DNA of 64,000 nt from Squalus acanthias. Taxonomy: Eukaryota. Below the pieces are notes generated by a model. It searched no databases. It saw only the letters and a list, made by a program, of their open reading frames with translations, and was not told the origin of the DNA. The position numbers and the translations under genes are program-made. Position 1 is the stretch's first letter. Every line of letters starts with the position of its first letter. Below are positions 40,719-53,087 of the stretch, piece after piece. The stretch is taken from contig JASTWF010000123.1 of NCBI GenBank assembly GCA_030390025.1, forward strand, positions 744,001 through 808,000, read 5' to 3'.

Positions 40719-41036
40719 CTTCGACGGTCTTCACCTCCCGGCTTGTGTTGGAGTTGGAGGGCGGATGAGACACTGCACAGGTGAAGACTGAGCCTTTCCT
40801 CCACTCCTCTGTACTCAGAGTCAGGAAGTGCCTGGCACTGAACGTCCCCGCCTGTTCCAGAGCGGTGAGTGTAGCGCTGGTGTTAGAGGAGATCGGAGAG
40901 CGGTCTTTCTCCCATGAGACGTGTATGAGGTCCGGATAGAATCCAGTGATCACACACTCGAGTGTGGCCGTGTTCTTACTCTTGGTTTCTTGGTCTGGTG
41001 GAGGCAGCAGTCTGACCGTGGGACTTTTTGTTTCAA
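40719..41036 (-). CDS. IgW: IgW CH4 exon
   Basis: ctgttccag|TT. Translation (V)ETKSPTVRLLPPP...LECVITGFYPDLIHVSW...FTCAVSHPPS...KTVE, then G|gtaggt. 318 nt, open. Confidence 0.95.
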
Positions 41037-41125
41037 CTGGAACAGACGTGCACACAAAGAAAGTGTTAAACTCTTTCCCTCAAGGTGATCAAAGCCAGGC
41101 GTAAAATTTCTGATCTCTTGCCCAC

Positions 41126-41425
41126 CTTTTCCACTGCTTGTCCGTTTTGACACTGGCGAGGACGATGAGGCACCTTGGGCGGAGCACACGTACTCTACCC
41201 CACTGGTCCACTCCTCCACGCTGGTTCGCAGTCGGCTGATGACTGTGTACTGGGTCCCTTCCTCTCTCGGTTTCTGGGTCACAACCCCTTCTCTTCTCTT
41301 CCCGCTCACCTCCCAGGAGATTGTGACCTGGCTCGGATCAGAACAGACCACTGCACACACCAGGGTAGCAGTCTTGTTGATCCAAACCTCTTCAATAGAA
41401 GGATTTCGGATAAACACAGATATTT
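41126..41425 (-). CDS. IgW: IgW CH3 exon
   Basis: ttcccag|AA. Translation ISVFIRNPSIEEVWINKTATLVCAV...ISW...EYVCSAQ...SSGK, then G|gtgggc. 300 nt, open, followed by an 89-nt intron to CH4. Confidence 0.94.
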
Positions 41426-41959
41426 CTGGGAATTGGAAAGGGAAAACTTCAGAAGAATGGACAATGTCTGGAGTCAGCGAGCTTCACAATTTTAGGAGAA
41501 CCTTTTCTGTTGATGATAAGTGATGGAAGGTCAGGACAGAAGTGACTTTAAACAGTTTAAACCAGGGTCCTTTTTAATCTATTATATCTTGGGCTGATAC
41601 TGGATCAAGCCATACTGCAGCTAAATTTGCAGCAAATTGAACATTAGAAAATCCCAGAGTTGTTTGAACGATATCTTGCATTTCTTGGCTTGCAAGTTTT
41701 GATCGAGAAAACATATTCAGCATCAAGAACCCGCCGAATCCGTTTTGAATCCGTTTCCCGTAACCGTGACCAATAGATCCGCAGTGGGGACTGCAATTGA
41801 GTTGTGAGGCTGAGTGACATTTAGATGTGGCGATGCTCAGCAAAAGAAAAACGGAATAAATGCATGTTTGCATAGAGTCCCGGTGTGGGGCTATGGATTT
41901 GGATTGATTTGTGACATTGAGCACACTGAATCCATGAGGACCCCTCTTCTCCATTCAGA

Positions 41960-42395
41960 GTGAGCCTGGGATTGCCTCAGTTTTAAAATTCTTATCCTAC
42001 TGTTCAAATCTCTCCCGGGCCTCGCCTCTCCCCATCTCTGTAACCTTCTCCAGCCCTACAACCCTCCGAGAACTCTGCATTCCTCCAACTCTGGCCTCTT
42101 GTCCATCCTCCATTCCCTTCGCCCCAGCATTGGCGGCTGTGCCTTCAGCCACCTAGGCCCTAATCTCTGGAACTCCCTCCCTAAATCTCAATGACCTGCC
42201 ACCTCTCTCTCCTCCTTTAAGACGCTCCTTAAAAGCTACCTTTTTGACCAAGCGTTTGGTCACCTGTCCTAATATCTCCTTCTTTGGCTCGGTGTGAACT
42301 TTTGTCTGATTATACTCCAGTGAAGCACCTTCGGATGTTTTACTACATTACATTTTCTCCATTGACTATATTTAACTCAAGCTGCTGTTGTTGAT
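41960..42395 (+). mobile_element. L2 3' fragment
   Basis: Similar to 2990-3527 and ends in a (TTG)n-like tail. Confidence 0.75.
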
Positions 42396-43799
42396 GACTC
42401 CCTGTCAAGGAAGAACGTTAGTTTGTAACGGCAGAGCAACCCGTCAATCAGAGGAAGTAACAGAAGTCCCCCTCTTGCTGCAGGTTGGGGATCATTTCTC
42501 CATAACATGTACTTCCCCACATTTCATGTCCGAGCCATTGGACTAGGAAGAGAATGATATTTTCCCCATTGCCACTCGTCTCCCAAAGGGCCATTGTCAC
42601 TTCAGATATCCCGCTGCTCACTGCGTGTTCTGTGCACCATTCACACACACTTTCACTGTGCAATTCAAAACTGAGCTATCTGCTCTGATCCACATCGATT
42701 GTTCACCCTCTGTATGATGTTAACACTTGGGTCAAGATGACCATCTTTGTGTCAGGATCAAAACCTTTTTGAAAACCTGAGCACCGGGAATCAAGTCCTC
42801 CGGCTGCAGTTTGAGCTGATGTTCAGCACACACTGTCTGTCTGACAGGACTGGGTCTTTTATTGACTTGAGATGTTCTGTTTCTCTCCCCCGCATTTTGA
42901 ACAAGATGGTGAGCAATTTCCTTTCAAAAATACTGACGGACTGGGATTGGTCACGTTGAGGCTTGTCACCGTACAGACTCAATGATTTTTATATACACCA
43001 TATATAGTCAATGATTTGTAAACCTAGGTTTAATCTGCACCGTGTTGATGTTAAATATTCCGGTTTTTGTAAGCTGCTCAGCCCTGCCTTACATTAGTGA
43101 CCAAGTCTCGACCTTTAACAGTCCCGGGTGACAGGCGGTCTCCCATCATAAAACCTCACAGGGTCGGGAGAATTCCCCCTATTATTTCAAGATGCTGATA
43201 TTATTGGGTGAGCGACGTTTAATTCGGTTTACCCTTGCGGGGAAATTTATAAAAACACTTCCCTAACTTGAATTCCTTGTGAACATTGAGCTCCTCTCGT
43301 TGACTGATGTCAGTATCCGGGAGGGGAGTGAATGGAACCGTTTCTATTTCTGCTACCCAGAGTTTTTATCTAAAACCTACCGGGTCACACAAGGCACCAG
43401 TTGGATCCCTGTGTCCTATCTCACCAATTTGCCTCAGGACCAACATCATTCAAGGGGTCGCCCACCCTTTTCCTGGATCAATGTGACATTTCTCCCCCAC
43501 CCCCACTCCTCCCACCCCACAGCCTCTCTGGGCGAGAGATGGGCTTCCAATTCTTGCCAACTGGAGTCAGACCAGAGAGGCAACGATCAAACTGTGGGGT
43601 CGGGCCCTGATCCAAAGTGACCCGGCACAGTTCACAACAAATGACCATACAAACAAGGTGTGGATTGGGTGGGGGGACCAGAGCTCGGGCTGTATCACCT
43701 CCCTCTGTTTATACTTCATCCAGAGGGACACCGTGGGCTGGATTTGAACCCGTCAAACGGTTTGTAATAAAATTCAACGGCAATTCCATTCACAACCAA

Positions 43800-43973
43800 T
43801 CACTTTATTTTGCACTTTTGTTGGTTACACTGATACTGGCGCTCGGCACCATCGGAGAGGGTCACGTTAAGGTTAGTCTGGTAGAGAGGATCGCGGCAGA
43901 CACTCAGAACAAGAGCAAGTAGGACAAGAGCAAGCAGCATTTCCACCCGGAACAGGAATAGTTGTTTTTCCAC
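43800..43973 (-). pseudogene. IgW: IgW short-form Cys-rich secretory tail exon, frameshifted
   Basis: cttccagttccag|GT. In frame it reads GGKTTIPVPGGNAACSCPTCSCSECLPRSSLPD* (TAA 43873-43875). The shifted frame continues YQTNLNVTLSDGAERQYQCNQQKCKIK*, which resembles the shark IgW-short tail as I recall it. AATAAA at 43804-43809. Confidence 0.82.
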
Positions 43974-44711
43974 CTGGAACTGGAAGAGTTGCAGATTTAA
44001 GCGTTATACATTTTCACCTCCCCTCCCCTGTGCTGGGAAAGTGGGAGCTCCACACGGCCCCTGAACTCTGCTCCATCCTGAGTTTTTAGGATCCTAACGG
44101 GACCAGATCATGGAGACCATGACAAGCTGGTTCACCTTGTCGAGGACAGTAGAACCAGAGGACATGACCTGTGCTTGAAGCAGGGTGGGGAGAGGGTGGT
44201 GGGGGAGGAGGGAAAGAGTCGATTCAAAACAAATTTGGGGAACCAATATTTCAGCAAGCGAGTGGTCAATGGGCGGGAGATGGTGGCAGCAGATCGTGGC
44301 GATTCATTCAAATGCAAAATTGGATAGATTTTTCATAAAATAACATTTGGGAGCCAGTAGAAAGGGAACAGGTAGGCGGTGATTTAAGCTGTGGACGGTA
44401 TCAGACGGGACGCCCATTTTACGCCCCGCCCCATTTTCCTTCCTATTGAAGTCCGCAGCGAGTAAAATCGGGCGAGGCTGTAAATGGGCGGCCGATCCCG
44501 GCAGTTTCCCCGCCCGGCGTGTTGGGCTCAAATTACTCCCTTTAAGTGTCGGTTCAATATCAAAACACAAAATACTGAACACCTTGCCTCTCTGAACAAG
44601 GTCGATATTAGGGACAGTGATTCACGAATTGAGAGCGAGCGTCAGCGCATTAAGTTAATACAAGACTGAATTACTGACGGTATATTCTTTTAGCCCTCAG
44701 ACACCACTTAC

Positions 44712-45010
44712 CCTCTCGATAACTCATACTGATCCTGTCATTGAAGCTCGAAGGTGCGTGGGACACTTCACATGCGTAGACATTCCCGTTGATCCATTCC
44801 TTCACAGGCACCGTCAGGTAAGTGACCGTTTCAAAGGTAGCGCCGGTTCTCCGTGTGGAAGGGAGCACAACACCCGTTTGGTCCACTCCGCTTTCGTCCA
44901 CGAAACCTGTAGGCTGTTGGGATAGAATCCGGATATCACACAGCCCAGGACAGCTTCAGTTTGATTGTAGACGACCTCCGGGGATGGAACAAGGGAGATG
45001 AGCTTTGGAG
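44712..45010 (-). pseudogene. IgW: IgW CH2 exon with a 1-nt deletion
   Basis: [40 protein letters not shown], then a frameshift near 44890, then [11 protein letters not shown]...[22 protein letters not shown] and G|gtaagt. The unshifted frame stops at TGA 44814-44816. Confidence 0.9.
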
Positions 45011-45904
45011 CTGTAACACATTGCCATATTTCAGATTACATTATGTTTTTGGCCACAGTAAAGGTGTGCTCCATTCCCCCAACATCTAGAGCAACGCATG
45101 ATGCCAGCCCCCTCCATATGTTGCTGATTTGCTGGTGAACACGTCGTCAGGGTGAGAACCATTGTGACATGTTGGAGAGAGCTGGGATTGGGAGAGCTGG
45201 CAGTGTACCTAGGGTCTACCAAGCGGAGCATCCCATTCTGCAGGGGTATGAGGAGAAATGTAGGTAAATGAGGTTGAGGTGTAGATCTGCCATAATCTAA
45301 TAGAATGGTGGAACATGCTGGAGGAGGTGAATGGCCTACACCTGTTCCCATGTACAGATACCAGTATTGACAGTACAACTGCCAGCTGTGTATTTCTCAG
45401 ATTACCTTTCATATCATCCAGCAGATCCCATCAATCATTCTGAAAATCAACCCAATAACATCCTCTTTTGACTGGGTTCTCTCTTGCCCTCTCCTGAAAT
45501 GTTTGGTTACCTTTCAGTTCTGGTTCTGACAAACGGGCCTACCTTTTCACATTTCAGAACCTGGCTAACTTGCTGCGATTGTTCAGCATTTTTCTGTTGG
45601 CACCTGAACATCCCACAGTGCCCATAACCGGTCTGAGATCGGCACCTACAGGGTAGAACTTTGTAAAGTTGTCACTGAGCCTTTGGAGGACCTCAGGTAG
45701 AAATTACAATTGTCCATAATAGTGGAGGCAGGTTTAGCCCGTACCTGCGACATTCCTCTCTCCATATTGCAATGGAGGCGCCAGCCCGTTTAAAGTCAAT
45801 GGAGTCAAATGGTCACGGGCAGGAGCACAAGACGAACGACAGCGAATCGGCAGCCCGCTTTACGCTCCACCCAATTTTCTTTTCCATTGACTTCAGTGAT
45901 GGAA

Positions 45905-46425
45905 GGAAGAACGAAAGAGTCAATATAAATTAAATGGTACAATTTTAAAGGGGGTGCAGGAACTGAGGTGACCTGTGGGTTTACCACACAAATCTTTAAA
46001 AGGGACAGGACAAGTTGATGAGGCTGTTCAATAAAAAGCACACGGGATCCTGGGCTTTATAACTCGAGGCGTAGAGCACAAAAGCAAGGAAGTTATTCCT
46101 AAACCAGTATACATCACTGGTATGGCCGCAACTGGTGTATTGTGTCCAGTTCTGGGCACCACACTTTACAAAGGAATTCAAGACCTTGGAGAGGATGCAG
46201 AGGAGATTTACAAGAACGGTTCCAGGGATGAGGGACTTCAGTTATATGGAGAGACCAGAGAAGCTGGAATTTTTCTCCTTAAGTAGAGCAGAGAAGGTTA
46301 AGAGGAGATTTAATGCAGGTGTTCAAAATTATGAGGGGTATTGATAGAGTCAATGGGGGGAAACTGTTTCCACTGGCAGAAGGGTTGGTAGCCAGAGGAC
46401 ACAGATTTAAGATAATTGGCAAAAA
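45905..46425 (+). mobile_element. Degenerate CR1 RT C-terminal fragment
   Basis: YCVQFWAPH...RRFTR..PGM and ARGHRFKI remnants. Confidence 0.8.
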
Positions 46426-46805
46426 AGGCGGGGGTGGTGCGGAATCTATAATTGGACATGGGCAAAGACGCAATGCAGGCGGTATCACATCGGTCGCCCG
46501 TTACACGCTCCGCCCGATATTGAGTTTCATTGACCTTAGAACTGAATATCAGGCGTGTCGTATCGCGGGCGGCAAATACAATTCCGACAATTTTGCGTCC
46601 CCGCCCTTGTCCAATTTCACGTGATTTCTCATTGTCCTTTATTTTGTTACCAGCAGCACTGCTGGTGTCCAGGGATAGAATATATGGGCACAAGAACTCA
46701 TTCAGCTTCTATTCTTCAACAATCTCCTACATTGGTTGGTGAAATTTCCTGGACCAATTTCATCCCCCGACACTAGTGTAGTTTTAAATGGCAAATTGTA
46801 CTAAC

Positions 46806-47114
46806 GTTTAACAAACTGAGCTGCCACCATTTCGTCTGACTTGTACCCCGCCTTGCAGTGGTAGACCCTATTGGTGTTCCAATCCGATGCAGAGACTTTG
46901 AGCACACTGCTCATCGTGTACTTCTTATTTTGCCCCAAGACTGCCGGATACTTCTTGATTCCAGTAGTGATGTCTGCACCGTTACTGGACCATGTCTGAC
47001 TGATGATCTCGGGCTGAAAGTCCTTGACCAGGCAGAGGAGGCTGATCTCATCTTGGTTGGAGTTCCTGCCACTGGAAGGGTTGGAGATGTAGACTGATGG
47101 TGCGGACTGGACTT
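46806..47114 (-). CDS. IgW: IgW CH1 exon
   Basis: atatttcag|AA. Translation (E)[41 protein letters not shown]...[17 protein letters not shown]...[19 protein letters not shown], then C|gttagt. 309 nt, open. Confidence 0.95.
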
Positions 47115-48680
47115 CTGAAATATAAATAGATTCACACAGATAAGTCCAGTAAAAGAATGCATTACAGGTGGACACAGAAGGAGAGATTACGTTATATATA
47201 AAACCAGCCATTTCTGAAAACAACAGATGGGTGGGAAATGGAGGCCAATGCAAAGGTCAGCATTGGGTAACTTTAACCTAACTCTCCGGGCGGCAAACCC
47301 GCGGGATTGGGTGGAATGCCGTTTTTACACCCCGCCCAATATTACTCTCCATCGACTTCAATAGAAAGTAAAATCGGGCGGGGTGTGAAACCAGTGTTGC
47401 GCCCGATCACATCAAATAACAGTGGACATGATTTAACAAAACGGTCAACATTTACAGTTTCATTTTTAAGAACCCTTTTCATAGTTAACAATTTTGATGG
47501 TTTCACAAGAAATTTTGCACTATTGGTACATGATTCACAGAGATAGAAAGGAGGGCAGAAGAGAGATTGTTTCTTTCTTATTCCTTTTAGATTACGCATG
47601 CTAAAACTGACAGTGCCAAACCAGTAAATTGGTAATTTGATTCTGGCCGTTGGCGATACAGCCTCTGTCACACAAGCCAATTCGTGCCATAAGTAAAGTG
47701 TCACAGAACAGAAACCCTAAGATATGGTGCTAGATAGACAATCTGGAAACGCACAGTATCCACTGATGGCTTCTCGGGTTTGAAATGGCTCATGAAAGGG
47801 ATGTCCAGTTGTTGGTCTCAGGAACCTTGCTATTTTTCATAGGGATGAGCGCCTTAGGAACATAGGAATTCCCAGACCATGAAAGACCAAGGTTCATCGA
47901 GGTGGCCTTCTACCATCCTGGTGTGTATGATACGATAATGGAGCTGTGGACTCATTATAGCAATCATTCTCTTATCAATGAGTCTACAACAGACCTAGAC
48001 ATGAGGCGAGGAAACCCCAGTGGTACAGAGCTTTGGGAACCGTAGGTCCAAAGTCACCTGTTCCTCCCAAGCATGCTACACTTCCCACACGTCATGTCCA
48101 AAATCACTCATATTCTGTCTCCCAAAATGTTATTTTCTGGAGAAAGGTTTTCCGAAACAACCCCCTCAAATTTGCCTATTTCACAAGAAATGGAGGCAGT
48201 GTGCATGAGGAAAACTAGAGCTGGATTCAGGAGGACTTCAAGCCTGGAAACTGTTAATGAGCTACCACAGGCTAACACTCCAGGGCAGTGCTGAGACAGT
48301 GCTGCACTGTCGGCGGTGCCGTCATTCAAATGAAACGTTAAACTGAGGCCCTGCCCGTCCTCTCAGGTGGGATGTAAAAGATCCCACGACACTGTTTCAA
48401 AGAATAGCTGGGAAGTTCTCCCCAGTGTTCCGGCCAATATTTATCCTTCATCCAACACCACTGAAACAGATTATCTGGGCTGTTTGTGGGATCTTGCTGT
48501 GTGCAAATTGGCTGCCACGTTTCCCCACAATACAACAGTGACTACACTGCAAACGTACTTCATTGACTGAAGCGCTTTGCGACATCCTGAGGTCGTGAAA
48601 AACGCTATAAATTCAAATCTTTTTTTTTAAAACATGTAAAACAAAATTAAAATACTGTGGATGCTGGAAATCTGAATAAA

Positions 48681-48721
48681 AGAGTTATGATGAAAGGTCA
48701 TCGACCTGAAATGTTAACTCT
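48681..48721 (+). ncRNA. Degenerate minimal hammerhead-ribozyme-like motif in a short repeat remnant
   Basis: AGAGTT-aTGATGA-A-AGGTC(atc)GACCT-GAAA-TGTT-AACTCT. Stem I is 6 bp, stem II is 5 bp, and core C3 is changed to A. Confidence 0.55.
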
Positions 48722-49010
48722 TTCTCTCTCCACAGATGCTGAGTGTTTCCAGTGCGGGTGACACGATAATATCAATCATCATCATTTACAGTCGAGGATC
48801 TTTGACAACCTGGGACCAGTGGGCGGTAAGTGTGGGTCAATGTGGATCAGTGGATCAAACAGTGTTGTGGCCTGGTGATCAGGAAATGGATCTGGGACAA
48901 CTTGGAAAAAACCCATAAAACTCTTAACATAGTGCTGAAGTACTACAGTAAAGAGGCTGAACATGACCTTGGCTGTATCAGCAGAGAGCTGGATTGAAAA
49001 AGAAGATATT

Positions 49011-49197
49011 GGGGGTGAAATTGGTCTTGGGGTAGTTGTGTGAAACGATCGATGGTGAATCGGCAGCCCGTGTTACAGTCGGCCCGATTTTCTTTTCTAT
49101 TGTAGTCAATGAGATCGAAAATCTGGGCGGGTGTGTAACGGGCGGGTGATTTGCTATCGCCGGTTTCATGCTACGGCCCGAGACCAATTTCACCCCC
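49011..49197. mobile_element. MITE with 17-bp terminal inverted repeats
   Basis: GGGGGTGAAATTGGTCT ... AGACCAATTTCACCCCC with an internally palindromic body. Related degenerate copies at about 44400-44540, 45760-45900, 46430-46620, 47270-47410 and 53810-53910. Confidence 0.75.
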
Positions 49198-49409
49198 CAT
49201 TGTATCGTGGGTGGTTGGTCAAACCTCGTGTGGAGGTCTGTGTGCAATTCTGGATCACCCAGTGGTGGCAGATTACAGTGCTATGGATCCAGGATGGGAG
49301 TTAAGTGAGGGGGAAAGATAAAGCAGCCTGGTGTTACTTTCTTTGTGAGAGGTGAGCAGGGTAATGTTGACTTTGGGCAATGCTGTAAAACGGACGATAT
49401 CCGTCCATT

Positions 49410-49790
49410 CAGCCGTGGCTCAGTGGGCAGCACTCTCGCCTCGGAGTCACATGCTTGTGGGTTCAAGTCCCACTCCAGAAACTTGAGCACAAAATCTAGG
49501 CTGACACTCCAGTGCAGTGCTGAGGGAGCGCTGCCCTGTCTGAGGTGGCGTCCTTTGGATAAGACGTTAAACTGACTCCCCAGTGTCCTGGCCAATATTT
49601 ATCCCTCAACCAACATCACTAAAAACAGATTATCTGGTCATCATCATGTTGTTGTCCGCGGGATCTGCTGTGCACAAATTGGCTGCCGCGTTCCCTACGT
49701 TACAACATGGACAACACTTCAAAAGTAGTTCATTGGCTGTAAAGCGCTCAGTGTCAGGTCATGAAAGGTGCTATATAAATGCAAGTTCTT
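49410..49790 (+). mobile_element. DeuSINE (SacSINE1-like)
   Basis: tRNA head TGGCTCAGTGG...GGTTCAAGTCC and an L2-like tail GCTATATAAATGCAAG. Confidence 0.78.
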
Positions 49791-50243
49791 TCACAACCAC
49801 TTTTACTGCATGACAAAAACAATCTTGGTTAATATAACAAAGGACCTTTGAAATCTAACCCAGTTGGATGATAAAGGATGACATGGAATTGGCACAGCAT
49901 TTCCTTGGGAGCTGAACTAAGAACTAGCAGCTCATTTGAACAGTGAAGCTCAATAACACATCAGAAATGTAAAGAAATTTGTTCAGAATCTAAACCCGGA
50001 CCCGTCACTGACATCACAATAAAGGAAAATTTATTCAGGCACGGAACGTCACAAAATATTGTAATTCAGCAGAGCTGGTGTTTCTTTCAGATAGATAATA
50101 ACTGATGTGCAGACTCCCACAATTAGGACCCCATTGAACGTTCAGACCTTCTTTGTTAAACTATTTATTTGGTTTGAGGTTTTGTTTATGAATCAAACTG
50201 CAGCAATTTGCTTTCAAATCTGAAGAACTACATGTGGTCTGAA

Positions 50244-50870
50244 GTACCTGCCCTGGGAGTGTTTGATGGGACAGTGTGGAGGGAGCTTTACTCTGTATCT
50301 AACCCGTGCTGTACCTGCCCTGGGAGTGTTTGATGGGAGAGTGTAGAGGGAGCTTTACTCTGTATCTAACCCGTGCTGTACCTGCCCTGGGAGTGTTTGA
50401 TGGGACAGTGTAGAGGGAGCTTTACTCTGTATCTAACCCGTGCTGTACCTGCCCTGGGAGTGTTTGATGGGACAGTGTAGGGGGAGCTTTACTCTGTATC
50501 TAACCCGTGCTGTACCTGCCCTGGGAGTGTTTGATGGGACAGTGTAGAGGGAGCTTTACTCTGTATCTAACCCGTGCTGTACCTGCCCTGGGAGTGTTTG
50601 ATGGGACAGTGTAGAGGGAGCTTTACTCTGTATCTAACCTGTGCTGTCCCTGCCCTGGGAGTGTTTGATGGGACAGTGTAGAGGGAGCTTTACTCTGTAT
50701 CTAACCCGTGCTGTACCTGCCCTGGGAGTGTTTGATGGGACAGTGTAGAGGGAGCTTTACTCTGTATCTAACCCGTGCTGTACCTGCCCTGGGAGTGTTT
50801 GATGGGACAGTGTAGAGGGACCTTTACTCTGTATCTAACCTGTGCTGTACCTGCCCTGGGAGTGTTTGAT
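50244..50870. repeat. 67-bp satellite array (about 9 units) in the J-CH1 intron
   Basis: Unit CTGTACCTGCCCTGGGAGTGTTTGATGGGACAGTGTAGAGGGAGCTTTACTCTGTATCTAACCCGTG, period 67 (50311 to 50378). Confidence 0.96.
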
Positions 50871-53087
50871 GGACAAAATTGAGAGGTCGCACAACACCAG
50901 GTTATAGTCCAACAGTTTTATTTGAAATCACAAGCTTTCGGAGCTATCGATTGCCCCTTCCTCAGGTGAAGTAAATTAGATACAGAATCGCCAAAGCATA
51001 TATAGATAGAGAACAAAGCATGTGTACCTTACAATTGCAGACCACTAAATTAAATCATCCTGACTATCTGCCGAGGTGTGATAAAGTTAATCAAGTCAGC
51101 CAGGAAGGTACCACATCAAAAACATAGCAAGATACAACTGAGACAATGAGGTGTAGTCGCAGGGGTTCTAACGTGTCAAAAGCTGCCGTCTGTATGTAAA
51201 ACGAAAAGCTTTAAAATTTTTACTTTTTTACTGGGAAAATTTTTACTTTTTTACTGGGAATCACATCTGTGAACAAGCCAACGACGACTCGAGTCCGGAT
51301 CACGTCATGTATCGTGACATAAACCCAAGATCCCGGTTGAGACCGTCTTCATGAGTGCGGAACTTGGCTATCAGTTTCTGCTCGATGATTTTGCGTTGTC
51401 GTGTGTTTCTAAGGTTGCCTTGGAGAACGCTTACCCGCAGATCCGAGGCTGAATGTCCTTGACTGCTGAAGTGTTCCCCGACTGGGAGGTAACAATCCTG
51501 CCTGGCGATTGTTGCGCGGTGCTCGTTCATACGTTGTCTCAGTGTCTGCATGGTCTCGCCGATGTACCATGCCGCGGTGCATTCTTTCCTGCAACGTATG
51601 AGGTAGACAACGTTGGCCGAGTCACATGAGTATGTACCATGTACCTGGTGGTTAGTGTCCTCACGTGTGATGGTGGTATCTGTGTTGATGATCTGGCATG
51701 TCTTGCAGAGTTTGCCTTGGCAGGGTTGTGTGGTGTCGTGGTCGCTGTTATCCTGAAAGCTGGGTAATTTGCTGCGAACGATGGTACTTCTGAGGTTAGG
51801 CGGCTGTTTGAAGGCAAGTAGTGGAGGTGTGGGGATGGCCTTAGCGAGGTGTTTGTCGTCATCGATGACATGTTGAAGGCTGCGAAGAACATGGCGTAGT
51901 TTCTCCGCTCCGGGGAAGTACTGGACGACGTAGGGTACCCTGTTGGTTGTGTCCCGTGTTTGCCTTCTGAGGAGGTCTATGCGATTTTTCGCTGTGGCCC
52001 GTCGGAACTGTCGATCGATGAGTCGAGCGTCATATCCCGTTCTTACGAGGGCGTTTTTCAGCGTCCGTAGGTGTCCATCGCGTTCCTCCTCGTCTGAGCA
52101 GATCCTGTGTATTCGCAGGGCTTGTCCATAGGGGATGGCTTCTTTAACATGGTTAGGGTGGAAGCTGGAGAAGTGGAGCATCGTGAGGTTGTCCGTGGGC
52201 TTGCGGTAGAGTGAAGTGCTGAGGTGTCCGTCTTTGATGGAGATTCGTGTGTCCAGAATGAAACCGATTCTGAGGAGTAGTCCATGGTGAGTTTGATGGT
52301 GGGATGGAACTTGTTTATGTTATCGTGTAGTCTTTTCAGTGATCCTTCGCCATGGGTCCAAAGGAAGAAAATGTCGTCGATGTATCTGGTGTACAGCGTT
52401 GGCTGGAGGTCCTGTGCAGCGAAGAAGTCTTGCTCGAACTTGTGCATGAAGATGTTGGCGTATTGGGGTGCGAATTTGGTCCCCATGGCTGTTCCGTGTG
52501 TTTGGGTAAAAAAATGGTTGTCGAAGGTGAAGACATTGTGGTCAAGGATGAAGCGGATGAGTTGTAGGATGACGTCTGGAGATTGGCTGTTGTTGATGTT
52601 GAGTACTGAGGCTGTTGCAGTGATGCCGTCATCGTGGGGGATACTGGTGTAGAGTGCCGATACGTCCATCGTGGCAAGGAGTGTTCCTGGTTCAACTGGT
52701 CCGTGGGTGCTGAGTTTCTGTAAGAAGTCTGTAGTGTCGCGACAGAAGCTGGGGGTTCCCTGTACGATGGGTTTCAGAATGCCCTCGACGTATCCAGAGA
52801 GGTTCTCACACAGGGTTCCATTGCCTGATACGATAGGACGTCCGGGTGTGTTGGCTTTGTGTATCTTTGGGAGGCAGTAGAAGTCTCCCACGCGGGGAGT
52901 ACGTGGGATGAGAGCGCGTAGGATGTTTTGAAGGTCTGGATCGAAGGTCTTGATCAGTCTATTGAGTTGGCGGGTGTGTTCTTTGGTCGGATCTGCGGGT
53001 AGCTGTCTGTAGTGTTCCTGGTTGTCCAGTTGTCGGTGTGCTTCTTTACAATAGTCCGTTCTGTTCTGTATGACAATGGCTCCTCCT
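50871..53087 (-). mobile_element. Penelope-like retroelement (RT + GIY-YIG endonuclease), 5'-truncated, embedded in the 67-bp satellite
   Basis: RT motifs FYCLPKIHK, GRPIVS, DVSALYTSI, GTAMG, YIDDIF. Endonuclease NVVYLIRC..C...YIGET. A 1-nt frameshift near 52255 is evident by comparison with the 59290 copy. Confidence 0.95.
50928..50969 (-). ncRNA. Minimal type I hammerhead ribozyme (Penelope pLTR)
   Basis: TCAC-CTGAGGA-A-GGGGC(aatcgata)GCTCC-GAAA-GCTT-GTGA. Confidence 0.75.

Noticed and set aside
44671-44711. Read-through after CH2 ([13 protein letters not shown]) as a secretory tail
   Set aside because: It begins at a consensus GTAAGT donor, and the true short tail is a separate exon at 43800-43973.
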